Position numbers and translations under genes: made by a program | In this document: in pieces, positions 17,673-26,074 of the stretch | Numbering within the stretch: the first letter of the stretch is position 1 | How the letters are laid out: each line of letters opens with the position of its first letter | The notes under the pieces: generated by a model | The model's database searches: none | The model's input: only the letters and a program-made list of their open reading frames with translations | Told to the model about the DNA's origin: nothing | DNA from: Bacillota bacterium | Lineage (GTDB): Bacteria > Bacillota > Clostridia > Christensenellales > QALW01 | DNA: 52,156 nucleotides | Direction: 5' to 3' | Assembly: GCA_029007865.1 (NCBI GenBank) | Contig: JAQXIQ010000015.1 | Coordinates: 1 to 52,156 of the forward strand

Positions 17673-19418
17673 ATGTCATTGATAAAAAGACTGTCAAAAA
17701 GCGTTCGGGAGTTTAAGAAAACCGCGATACTTACGCCCATAACCGTAACATTCGAGGTCATATTGGAAGTGGTGATACCCATGCTTATGGCCTCGCTGAT
17801 AGACAGCGGTATCAACAAGGGGGACATGAACTACATATTGAAGATGGGGCTGATACTGATAGGGTGCTGCGTGCTGTCTCTTATATTCGGGGCGCTGGCG
17901 GGCAAATTTGCTTCCACCGCGTCGGCGGGCTTTGCGCGCAACCTCAGGCACGATATGTTTGACAAGGTGCAGGATTTTTCCTTTTCAAACATAGATAAGT
18001 ATTCTACCTCCAGCCTTATTACAAGGCTGACCACCGATGTGACCAACGTACAGAATTCCTTCCAGATGATAACCAGAATTGCCGTAAGATGTCCCATGAT
18101 GCTGATATTTGCCATGGTGATGTCCTTTTCCATAAATGCGCAGCTGTCCCTTATTTTTGTCTGCGCACTGCCGGTGCTGGCGGTAGGACTGTACCTGATA
18201 ATGAGCAAGGTGCATCCCATATTCATGCGGGTGTTCAAAAAGTACGACCGCTTAAACGGCGTTGTGCAGGAAAACCTGCGGGGCATCCGGGTGGTCAAGT
18301 CCTATGTCAGGGAAGAGCATGAGGACAAAAAATTCAAGAAGGTTTCCGGCGAGATCTACGGCGATTTTGTCAAAGCGGAAAAGCTGATGGCGCTTGGTAT
18401 GCCGCTTATGCAGTTTGTGGTTTACGCCTGCATACTGTTGGTATCGTTCTTCGGAGCCCGGCTTATCATAGGGAGCGGCGGCACGGACATGACTACCGGG
18501 CAGCTTATGAGCCTTATTTCCTATGCCAGCCAGATACTTATGAGCATGATGATGCTCTCCATGGTGTTTGTCATGATCACCATGAGCCGCGCCAGCGCAG
18601 AGAGAATAGTGGAGGTGCTGGACGAACAGCCCGATATCGTATCCCCGGAGAACCCCGTAGAGACGGTGCCCAGCGGAGACGTGGATTTTGAAAACGTGTG
18701 CTTTTCCTATTCCAAGGAGAGGAACACCAAGGTGCTTAAAAATATAAATCTGCACATAAAGCAGGGGCAGACGGTGGGTATCATCGGCGGCACGGGCAGT
18801 GCAAAATCCAGCCTTGTGCAGCTTATACCGCGCCTGTACGACGCGACGGAGGGCTGCGTTAAAGTGGGCGGTACAGACGTGCGCCGCTACGAGCTGAGCG
18901 CGCTGCGCCGCGAGGTGGCCATGGTGCTGCAGAAAAACGTGCTGTTCAGCGGGACCATCCGGGAAAACCTGCGCTGGGGCAATGAAAACGCCACCGATGA
19001 GGAGATAGAGCACGCCTGCCGCGTTGCCTGCGCCGACGGGTTTATAAGTTCCTTTCCCGAAGGCTATGATACCTATATCGAGCAGGGAGGGACAAATGTT
19101 TCGGGCGGACAGAAGCAGAGGCTGTGCATAGCCCGCGCATTGCTTGCCAAGCCCAAGGTCATCATTATGGACGACTCCACCTCGGCGGTGGACACCCATA
19201 CCGATTCCATGATACGCTCCGCGTTTGCCCAGGAGCTGCCCGATACCACCAAGATAATCATTGCTCAAAGGCTGTCGTCGGTGCAGGACGCCGATATGAT
19301 AGTGGTGATGGATGAGGGTGCGATTGCCGCTGCCGGGACGCATGAGGAGCTTATGGAGAGCTGCGACATTTACAGAGAGGTTTATACCTCGCAGAACAAA
19401 GGAGGCGATGCTCAATGA
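17673..19418 (+). CDS. ABC transporter permease/ATPase, half of a type I heterodimeric exporter
   Basis: Six-TM domain followed by Walker A GGTGSAKSS, signature VSGGQKQR and Walker B IIMDDSTSAVD. Confidence 0.95.
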   Translation: MSLIKRLSKSVREFKKTAILTPITVTFEVILEVVIPMLMASLIDSGINKGDMNYILKMGLILIGCCVLSLIFGALAGKFASTASAGFARNLRHDMFDKVQDFSFSNIDKYSTSSLITRLTTDVTNVQNSFQMITRIAVRCPMMLIFAMVMSFSINAQLSLIFVCALPVLAVGLYLIMSKVHPIFMRVFKKYDRLNGVVQENLRGIRVVKSYVREEHEDKKFKKVSGEIYGDFVKAEKLMALGMPLMQFVVYACILLVSFFGARLIIGSGGTDMTTGQLMSLISYASQILMSMMMLSMVFVMITMSRASAERIVEVLDEQPDIVSPENPVETVPSGDVDFENVCFSYSKERNTKVLKNINLHIKQGQTVGIIGGTGSAKSSLVQLIPRLYDATEGCVKVGGTDVRRYELSALRREVAMVLQKNVLFSGTIRENLRWGNENATDEEIEHACRVACADGFISSFPEGYDTYIEQGGTNVSGGQKQRLCIARALLAKPKVIIMDDSTSAVDTHTDSMIRSAFAQELPDTTKIIIAQRLSSVQDADMIVVMDEGAIAAAGTHEELMESCDIYREVYTSQNKGGDAQ

Positions 19419-21325
19419 TGCCGGGTGGAAAGCCGCACGGCCCGCACGGGCCGCAAATGGGCCTTAAAGGTAAGAAGGCGGACAAGAAAACAATATTGCG
19501 ACTGCTGTCATATATGAAGGAGTACAAGGTACAGCTTGTGATAGTGGCACTGGGCATTATACTCAGCGCTGTGGCCGGCGTTGCGGGCTCCATGTTCATC
19601 AAGACCCTGATAGACAGCTATATCGAGCCCATGCTGGCAAGCGGGTCAACGGATTATTCCGGCCTGGTGAGCGCAATACTTACCATGGGCGGCATTTATC
19701 TGATAGGACTTGTCTGCACCTTTGTCTATAACCGTGTTATGGTAACGGTGTCGCAGGGCGTGCTTAAAAAGGTGCGCGACGGGATGTTCAGCCATATGCA
19801 GACCCTGCCCATAAAGTATTTTGACACCCATTCGCACGGCGATGTCATGAGCTGCTATACCAACGATACCGATACTCTGCGCCAGCTTATTTCCCAGTCG
19901 CTGCCGCAGGTGTTCTCCTCCGTTATTACGGTGGTGTCGGTATTTGCGGCGATGTGCTCTACCAGCATCTGGCTTACCGTTTTTGTAGTGCTGATGACTG
20001 TGGGCACAATGTGGGTGGCAAAGGTGATAGGCGGCAAGAGCGGAGCGTTCTTTGTCAAGCAGCAGAAATCGCTTGGCGAGGTCAACGGCTATATTGAAGA
20101 GATGATGAACGGTCAGAAGGTGGTCAAGGTTTTCTGTCACGAGGATGTATGCCGCAGAGAGTTTGACCAAAAGAACGACGAGCTGTGCAAAAACGCCACA
20201 AGCGCCAATATATTTGCCAATATTCTCATGCCCATCATGGGCAATCTGGGACATTTGCAGTATGTACTGATAGCCATAGTGGGCGGAGCACTTGCGCTGG
20301 GCGGCGTAGGAGGGCTGACGCTGGGCGGCATTGCGGCCTTTATGCAGCTGTCGCGCTCCTTTACTCAGCCCATAAGCCAGGTGTCGCAGCAGCTTGCCTC
20401 CATTGTCATGGCGCTGGCGGGCGCGGAGAGAATATTTGCCCTTATGGATGAACAGCCCGAAGCCGACGAGGGCTATGTAACCCTGGTAAACGTGCGCAGC
20501 GAAGACGGCAGACTTGTTGAGACAAACGAGCGCACGGGGAGCTGGGCGTGGAAGCATCCGCATAAGGACGGTACGCTGACATATACCCCTCTTGCGGGCG
20601 ATGTGCGGCTGACCGAGGTGGATTTCGGATACAGTCCGGAAAAAACCGTGCTGCATGACGTCAGCGTATATGCCGAGCCCGGACAGAAGGTGGCCTTTGT
20701 AGGGGCTACCGGCGCCGGAAAAACCACAATAACAAACCTGATAAACCGTTTTTACGATATTGCGGACGGCAAGATACGCTATGACGGCATAAATATAAAC
20801 AAGATCAGGAAGCCGGATCTGCGCAGGTCGCTGGGAGTGGTGCTGCAGGATGTCAACCTGTTTACCGGAACGGTAATGGACAACATACGCTACGGGAGGC
20901 TGGACGCCACCGATGAGGAGTGCATAGCCGCTGCCAAGCTGGTGGACGCGGACGGGTTTATACGCATGCTGCCCGACGGCTATCAGACCATGCTCTCCGG
21001 AGACGGCTCCGGGCTTTCTCAGGGACAGCGACAGCTGCTCTCCATTGCCCGCGCGGCTGTGGCGGACCCGCCGGTAATGATACTGGACGAGGCCACCAGC
21101 AGCATCGATACCCGCACCGAGGCCATAGTGCAGAGGGGTATGGATAACCTGATGAAGGGGCGCACCGTGTTTGTAATTGCTCACAGGCTCTCCACGGTGC
21201 AGAATTCCGACGTTATAATGGTGCTGGAGCAGGGACGCATAATAGAAAAAGGCTCTCACGAAAAGCTGATAGCACAGAAGGGGCAGTATTACAGGCTGTA
21301 CACCGGTGCATTTGAGCTGGAATAA
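19415..21325 (+). CDS. ABC transporter permease/ATPase, partner half of the exporter
   Basis: ATGA overlap with the upstream gene. Motifs are Walker A GATGAGKTT, signature LSQGQRQL and Walker B MILDEATSSID. The 756-aa antisense ORF is a shadow ORF. Confidence 0.95.
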   Translation: MMPGGKPHGPHGPQMGLKGKKADKKTILRLLSYMKEYKVQLVIVALGIILSAVAGVAGSMFIKTLIDSYIEPMLASGSTDYSGLVSAILTMGGIYLIGLVCTFVYNRVMVTVSQGVLKKVRDGMFSHMQTLPIKYFDTHSHGDVMSCYTNDTDTLRQLISQSLPQVFSSVITVVSVFAAMCSTSIWLTVFVVLMTVGTMWVAKVIGGKSGAFFVKQQKSLGEVNGYIEEMMNGQKVVKVFCHEDVCRREFDQKNDELCKNATSANIFANILMPIMGNLGHLQYVLIAIVGGALALGGVGGLTLGGIAAFMQLSRSFTQPISQVSQQLASIVMALAGAERIFALMDEQPEADEGYVTLVNVRSEDGRLVETNERTGSWAWKHPHKDGTLTYTPLAGDVRLTEVDFGYSPEKTVLHDVSVYAEPGQKVAFVGATGAGKTTITNLINRFYDIADGKIRYDGININKIRKPDLRRSLGVVLQDVNLFTGTVMDNIRYGRLDATDEECIAAAKLVDADGFIRMLPDGYQTMLSGDGSGLSQGQRQLLSIARAAVADPPVMILDEATSSIDTRTEAIVQRGMDNLMKGRTVFVIAHRLSTVQNSDVIMVLEQGRIIEKGSHEKLIAQKGQYYRLYTGAFELE

Positions 21326-21438
21326 GGTGCTTTGGCATAAAAACGGGGCGCATGCGGCTGTAAAAAAGCGGCGTGCGCCCTGCGTGCTTTTTGCGACGGA
21401 CATATTTGCAGGGATGCCGGTATAACGGTGCGGATAGC

Positions 21439-21467
21439 TTGAATTCCGCTTGTCTTTGTGATATAAT
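21439..21467 (+). promoter_or_regulatory. Sigma-A-type promoter with extended -10
   Basis: TTGAAT (21439-21444), 17-nt spacer ending in TGA, then TATAAT (21462-21467), giving TGnTATAAT. Confidence 0.65.
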
Positions 21468-21502
21468 ACAGTAAAATCAAAAAATAAGGAATGAGCTGGA
21501 AT

Positions 21503-22390
21503 ATGAAACCGAAAGTATATTTTTCCCGGGTGATTACTCCGGAAAATGCGGTGCGCATCTACAGAGCCGTGGGCATGGAGCTGCCCGGCAGAGTGGCGGT
21601 AAAGGTGCATTCCGGAGAGCAGGGCAACCAGAACTATCTCAAGCCGGAATTCCTGCGCCCGGTGATAGAGGACGCAGGCGGCACTGTGGTGGAATGCAAT
21701 ACCGCATACGGCGGAGAGAGGAATACCACGGAAAAGCACAGGAAGCTGATGCACAGTCACGGCTGGGCAGAGCTTTTCAATGTGGATATAATGGACAGCT
21801 CCGGGCCGGATATGTGCCTGGATATTCCGGAGGGAAGGGTGCTTAAAAGGAACCTTGTGGGCAGGAATCTTGCGCATTACGATTCCGTGCTGGTGCTGTC
21901 CCATTTTAAGGGACATCCCATGGGAGGCTACGGCGGAGCGTTAAAGCAGCTTTCCATAGGCTGTGCGTCCTCCGCGGGCAAGGCGCTTATCCATTCCGCG
22001 GGATACACAGATGACCAGAATATCGTGTGGGAGCACGTCGCGCCGCAGGATATGTTCATAGAGGCCATGGCGGACGCGGCGTATTCGGTCACGGAATATT
22101 TCAAGGGCAGAATTGTGTATGTCAACATCATGTGCAACCTGTCGGTGGACTGCGATTGCTGCGCCGTTGCGGAGGACCCGTGCATGAAGGATATCGGTAT
22201 GCTTTCCTCGTCTGACCCGGTAGCGCTGGACAAGGCGTGCCTTGACATGATATATGCCGCCACGGAGGATCCGGGGCAGAAGCATTTTATTCAAAGAGTG
22301 GAGAGCCGGCATGGGGCTCATATCATTGAGGCGGCGGAACTGCTGGGCTGCGGCAGCAGCGAATATGAGTTAGTGGATCTGGACGGCTGA
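21503..22390 (+). CDS. DUF362 domain-containing protein (possible Fe-S binding)
   Basis: MKPKVYFSRV..VAVKVHSGEQGNQNYLKPEFLRPVIE..GGTVVECNTAYGGER matches my memory of the DUF362 subfamily. A C-terminal Cys cluster CNLSVDCDCC is present. The ATG at 21491 is an alternative start. Confidence 0.8.
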   Translation: MKPKVYFSRVITPENAVRIYRAVGMELPGRVAVKVHSGEQGNQNYLKPEFLRPVIEDAGGTVVECNTAYGGERNTTEKHRKLMHSHGWAELFNVDIMDSSGPDMCLDIPEGRVLKRNLVGRNLAHYDSVLVLSHFKGHPMGGYGGALKQLSIGCASSAGKALIHSAGYTDDQNIVWEHVAPQDMFIEAMADAAYSVTEYFKGRIVYVNIMCNLSVDCDCCAVAEDPCMKDIGMLSSSDPVALDKACLDMIYAATEDPGQKHFIQRVESRHGAHIIEAAELLGCGSSEYELVDLDG

Positions 22391-22467
22391 GCTCCCGGTT
22401 AAGTGCGCATAAATGCAAAATTTTACAATTAAGACGAATAAATTTGCGCAAAATTCGTTATTTGATA

Positions 22468-22495
22468 TTGACAAATCGACAGCTTTAAATATACT
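22468..22495 (+). promoter_or_regulatory. Sigma-A-type promoter candidate
   Basis: TTGACA (22468-22473), 16-nt spacer, TATACT (22490-22495), about 100 nt upstream of the SH3 gene. Confidence 0.5.
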
Positions 22496-22598
22496 AAATA
22501 CATAGAGAATTATACTCTGCGATTGCGGCTTTTAACGGCGCACGCGGAGGCCGGTCTGCGGGGTTTCATAAGGCCGGGGAAAGGATAAGGTAGATAAC

Positions 22599-23297
22599 AT
22601 GGCTGCTCAAAAGGACAGAATAAGAAACAGACGGCTGAGAGCTTACTTGATGATTGCCATTGCGGTCCTGCTGCTTGTGGCGATAATAATACTTATAGCA
22701 TCAATTGCAACAAAAGGCAGCAAGCCGACGGGCAAGCCCAGCGCAACGCCTACGCAGAGCCCGACGGCATCCGTGGAAGCGTCTACGCCTTCTCCTTCGG
22801 TGACCGTGCCGGATGAAAGCCCGACCGCAGACCCGATAGAGAGTCCGACGGCTACCGCGCCGGTACAGACTCCTACGACATCGGCTCAGACCGGTCTTAA
22901 CGAGGGCGGATATGCCATGCTGGGAGCTTCCGGAGTAAACTTCCGCAAGGATACCAACACAAGCTCTCAGGTAATACGGAAGCTGGACAAGGGCGAGGTA
23001 GTGATTATTGTCCGTCTCTCGCAGGGCGACGGCTCGTGGGCGAGCATAAAGGTGGGAGATGACACCGGATATGTCAAGGCGGAATATCTCAAAGTCTGCA
23101 CCATGAATCCGGACTGCAAGGTAAACGTACAGGAATCCATGAATGTGCGCAAGGAGCCCACGACCTCCAGCGATAAGGTGGCGGTGCTGACCAAGGATGC
23201 GCCGGTTACCATACTGCGCTTTGTAAACAGCGAGTGGGTGCTTATCAGAATGTCGGACGGCAATACCGGTTATGCCATGATGAAGTATCTGAAATGA
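22599..23297 (+). CDS. Membrane-anchored protein with two bacterial SH3 (SH3b) domains
   Basis: N-terminal TM helix (AYLMIAIAVLLLVAIIILIASI), a P/T/S-rich linker, and two SH3b-like units (GVNFRKDTNTSSQVIRKLDKGEVV..GYVKAEYL and MNVRKEPTTSSDKVAVLTKDAPV..GYAMMKYL). Confidence 0.85.
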   Translation: MAAQKDRIRNRRLRAYLMIAIAVLLLVAIIILIASIATKGSKPTGKPSATPTQSPTASVEASTPSPSVTVPDESPTADPIESPTATAPVQTPTTSAQTGLNEGGYAMLGASGVNFRKDTNTSSQVIRKLDKGEVVIIVRLSQGDGSWASIKVGDDTGYVKAEYLKVCTMNPDCKVNVQESMNVRKEPTTSSDKVAVLTKDAPVTILRFVNSEWVLIRMSDGNTGYAMMKYLK

Positions 23298-23355
23298 TTT
23301 GTCCGCATAACGGGCCGACTGTGCGGTAGTTTTATGCGGTAAAGGAGGCTTTATT

Positions 23356-24105
23356 TTGAAAAAGAGATCCAAGATAGGCCTTGGCATATTTCTGGGCATT
23401 CTTGGGGTGATAGTTATTGCCGTGGTGGCGGTTGCGGTGCTGCTGTTCGGCGGCCCGACGTTCAGACCTCCGCAGTTTACGCAGCAGGACATGGAATCCG
23501 TGACGCAAAAGCTGCCGGTGTTGCAGCAGCTTGACGGGCTTTCTTCGGGCGGCATGCTTGCCGAGCCGGAGCACGGAGTGATCGGGTTTTCCGAGGGAGA
23601 GCTCAATGCGCTGCTGTCTGTGAACAGCGCTAATACCGCTAATTATCTGAATGCAAATGTTCCCCGGGAAATCCTGCCGGACGCAGGCATGATAAGCATA
23701 CCTGCCGACGGTATATCTGCGGCCGTCAGGAACGACAGGTTGGTGCTGTATTTAAAGCTGGGGGACTGCAGTTCCCTTACGGGCAACGCTACCATTGACG
23801 GCTATCTGACGGGCTCCGTGATCACAGCCGTTTTTAAGGGAAACGGCAAAATACAGCTGGATAGCTTCCGGCTGAACAACCTTGACGCCGGTATGGTGCC
23901 GGATTTTATCGCGGAAAACATACCCGGATACAGCGGAGGCGGGCTGGTTGAATTTATAAACAGTAAATGCGCCGATTTGCTAAATGGGATATTTACCGAT
24001 ATATTTATGGCACAGGATATAGAAAGCATAGATATACTGGACAGCACGGTCACCGTTGAGGGCGGTTTTTATACCCGGGTAGTACCGTCATGTATGATCG
24101 AATAA
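23356..24105 (+). CDS. Hypothetical membrane-anchored protein
   Basis: TTG start 7 nt after GGAGG. N-terminal TM helix (IGLGIFLGILGVIVIAVVAVAVLLF). No family recognised. Confidence 0.65.
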   Translation: MKKRSKIGLGIFLGILGVIVIAVVAVAVLLFGGPTFRPPQFTQQDMESVTQKLPVLQQLDGLSSGGMLAEPEHGVIGFSEGELNALLSVNSANTANYLNANVPREILPDAGMISIPADGISAAVRNDRLVLYLKLGDCSSLTGNATIDGYLTGSVITAVFKGNGKIQLDSFRLNNLDAGMVPDFIAENIPGYSGGGLVEFINSKCADLLNGIFTDIFMAQDIESIDILDSTVTVEGGFYTRVVPSCMIE

Positions 24106-24273
24106 ACTAAAAAATTGCCGCATTTACCGCTGTTCCTGCTGGAGATTTTACGGTAAGTCGCAGGTTAGGAGTGAGGCGTGGCATTAAACCGCGCCTTTTC
24201 CATTATTCTGCAGCGCGGACGGCCCTGCTGCCTGCGGATGAAAGACTCGTATAAGAAATTCACACTCTGCAAA

Positions 24274-24288
24274 GCGCCGGAGCGGGGC
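24274..24288 (+). repeat. Left copy of a perfect 15-bp direct repeat, GCGCCGGAGCGGGGC
   Basis: Identical 15-mer at 25047-25061. It sits at the left boundary of an AT-rich stretch. Confidence 0.9.
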
Positions 24289-24347
24289 TGCATAAGAATA
24301 ATACCTGAAAATTTTTTATTTATATTCACTGGTTGGGTGATGAAGCT

Positions 24348-25025
24348 ATGAATTGTCTGGAAGAGTATCGCAAAATATTTGAGCAATATCCTTTGACGGA
24401 CATACGGCTGAAAAAAGCAAGGAATGCCGCGCTGCAAAACTGGCAGATTGATAAAAATGACTATCAGTTATTGAAAAGCGAATTATGCAGCTTTATTAAA
24501 GAAAATCATACTATAATAAATACCGTTTTTATTAAGCGAGTGGTTTGTCCGTTGATAGACGACTGCCTGGGCAAAAACGACGGCGGCTTTATAGAGGAAC
24601 TGATACAGACCGTCGGAACAGGCAGTTTTGAAAAAATCACAATAAAAGATATTGCAGATATTTATTTTCAATACAGTAAGTGGGAAACATCACCCGTTAA
24701 GTTTGCAAATGAACTGCTGCAATACAGCAATTCTGAATCGCTGCTTGAATTCAAGTTTAATTTAATGCAGGAGCAGATTTGTTATTCAATTCACGAGCTT
24801 CCCATAGGAATATTGGAAACAGACGTTTTATCCGTGAAAAACTATAACACGGTTTTTGATGAAATGGAAGAAACGGCACGGAAACTGAACAGGAGCACCG
24901 ATACGGATAGGCTCAGGCGCGTGTATGCCGCATATGCAGATTATTTAAGCGGCGGAAACTGCGCCGGCTTTGAGGAATACTTAAATAAAAACAATATCGA
25001 TTACCGGGGCTTATTCTGTAAGTAA
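24348..25025 (+). CDS. Hypothetical protein (orphan) encoded in an AT-rich cassette
   Basis: Single long ORF (MNCLEEYRKIFEQYPL..) in a segment that is clearly AT-richer than its surroundings. No recognisable motif. The first ATG is chosen; the TTG at 24333 is an alternative. Confidence 0.6.
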   Translation: MNCLEEYRKIFEQYPLTDIRLKKARNAALQNWQIDKNDYQLLKSELCSFIKENHTIINTVFIKRVVCPLIDDCLGKNDGGFIEELIQTVGTGSFEKITIKDIADIYFQYSKWETSPVKFANELLQYSNSESLLEFKFNLMQEQICYSIHELPIGILETDVLSVKNYNTVFDEMEETARKLNRSTDTDRLRRVYAAYADYLSGGNCAGFEEYLNKNNIDYRGLFCK

Positions 25026-25046
25026 TAATAAAACAAAATGCGTGCG

Positions 25047-25061
25047 GCGCCGGAGCGGGGC
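25047..25061 (+). repeat. Right copy of the perfect 15-bp direct repeat, GCGCCGGAGCGGGGC
   Basis: Identical to 24274-24288. It begins 22 nt after the stop codon of the orphan gene, where GC content rises again. Confidence 0.9.
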
Positions 25062-25075
25062 GAAATTTGAAAACT

Positions 25076-25150
25076 GGCACTGCTGCGGCTTTTGACGGCG
25101 GGCACTGCTGCGGCTTTTGACGGCGAGCATTGCTGCGGCTTTTGACGGCG
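25076..25150 (+). repeat. Three tandem 25-bp direct repeats (iteron-like)
   Basis: GGCACTGCTGCGGCTTTTGACGGCG at 25076-25100 and 25101-25125 (identical copies). AGCATTGCTGCGGCTTTTGACGGCG at 25126-25150 (two changes). The 25-nt unit is not a multiple of 3. Confidence 0.9.
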
Positions 25151-25204
25151 GCGTTATTGATGCGCATGGACCAAATGAAAACCGTGTGTTTGGAAAGGAA
25201 AAGC

Positions 25205-26053
25205 ATGAGCGTCACGATAAAAGAAAACAGGAAAGGAAAAGCCAAAGCCTCCCGGATAATAGCCGTGCTTACTGCTGTTTCCATGGCTTTGTCGGCTTTG
25301 CTTGCGGTAATGTTTGATGTAACCCTTGTGTCGGTCAGTTACGGTATAAGCGACAAAAGAATAACGGAGAATATAAGATTGCTGGTGATTTCCGACCTGC
25401 ACAGCTGCCGCTTCGGGGAAAATCAGAGCGAACTGATCTGCCGTATTGAGGAGATAGAACCGGATATTATATTGCTGACCGGGGATATAATAGATAATGT
25501 GCGGCCGCAGAAGGACGCCTGCGAACTGTTAGAGCAGATAGGTACTGCCTATCCGTGTTATTATGTAACGGGGAACCATGAAGTATGGACGGGGCGAGTG
25601 CAGGAGCTGAAGGAGCTGGTTGCCGCTTTCGGCGTGAATGTGCTGGACGGGAGATGCGAGACGGCGGAAGTAAGGGGCTGCAGGATAAATATTGCAGGCA
25701 TTGATGACCCCGCTTTGGGAGATGAGGACGGGCAGCTGGCCTCCGCCTTTGAAAATGCCGACCCGGAATGCTTTACGGTGCTGCTGGCGCACAGACCGGA
25801 GAGGGTGGATGTATATAAGCAGTATCCGTGCGACCTGCTGGTAAACGGACACGCTCACGGGGGACAGTGGAGACTTCCGCCGCTGTGCAACGGATTGTAT
25901 GCGCCCAATCAGGGCTTCTTTCCCAAGTATGTCGGGGGCAGATATGACCATGAAGGCTGTGTTCAGATAGTCAGCAGAGGGGTTGCAATGAACTATACGG
26001 TGCCCAGGATATTCAACCCTCCGGAGCTGACCGTAATAGAGCTTACCCCGTGA
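25205..26053 (+). CDS. Membrane-anchored metallophosphoesterase (calcineurin-like, YkuE-type)
   Basis: MSVTIKENRKGK followed by a TM helix. Motifs LLVISDLH, LLTGDIID, VTGNHE, LLAHRP and GHAHGG are present. The upstream TTG at 25130 lies inside the tandem repeats and was rejected. Confidence 0.85.
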   Translation: MSVTIKENRKGKAKASRIIAVLTAVSMALSALLAVMFDVTLVSVSYGISDKRITENIRLLVISDLHSCRFGENQSELICRIEEIEPDIILLTGDIIDNVRPQKDACELLEQIGTAYPCYYVTGNHEVWTGRVQELKELVAAFGVNVLDGRCETAEVRGCRINIAGIDDPALGDEDGQLASAFENADPECFTVLLAHRPERVDVYKQYPCDLLVNGHAHGGQWRLPPLCNGLYAPNQGFFPKYVGGRYDHEGCVQIVSRGVAMNYTVPRIFNPPELTVIELTP

Positions 26054-26074
26054 ATATGCCCTAAAATGCGGGCT

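Noticed and set aside
19646-21916. Very long antisense ORFs: 19646..21916 (756 aa), 18252..19415, 50590..52095 (501 aa), 30038..31579 (513 aa), 5940..7091, 8776..9927, 22701..23606, 36413..36946 and others.
   Set aside because: Each lies opposite a gene with clear family motifs. They have Arg/His/Gly/Ala-rich low-complexity translations, no RBS and no recognisable domains. These are typical shadow ORFs of high-GC coding DNA.
25076-25150. Possible CRISPR array (short direct repeats).
   Set aside because: The three 25-bp units are directly adjacent with no spacers, and no cas genes are present. This is a simple tandem repeat.
25130-25204. N-terminal extension of the metallophosphoesterase ORF (MLRLLTAALLMRMDQ..).
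   Set aside because: It starts inside the third 25-bp tandem repeat at a TTG with no RBS. ATG 25205 yields a normal N-terminal charge followed by a TM anchor.
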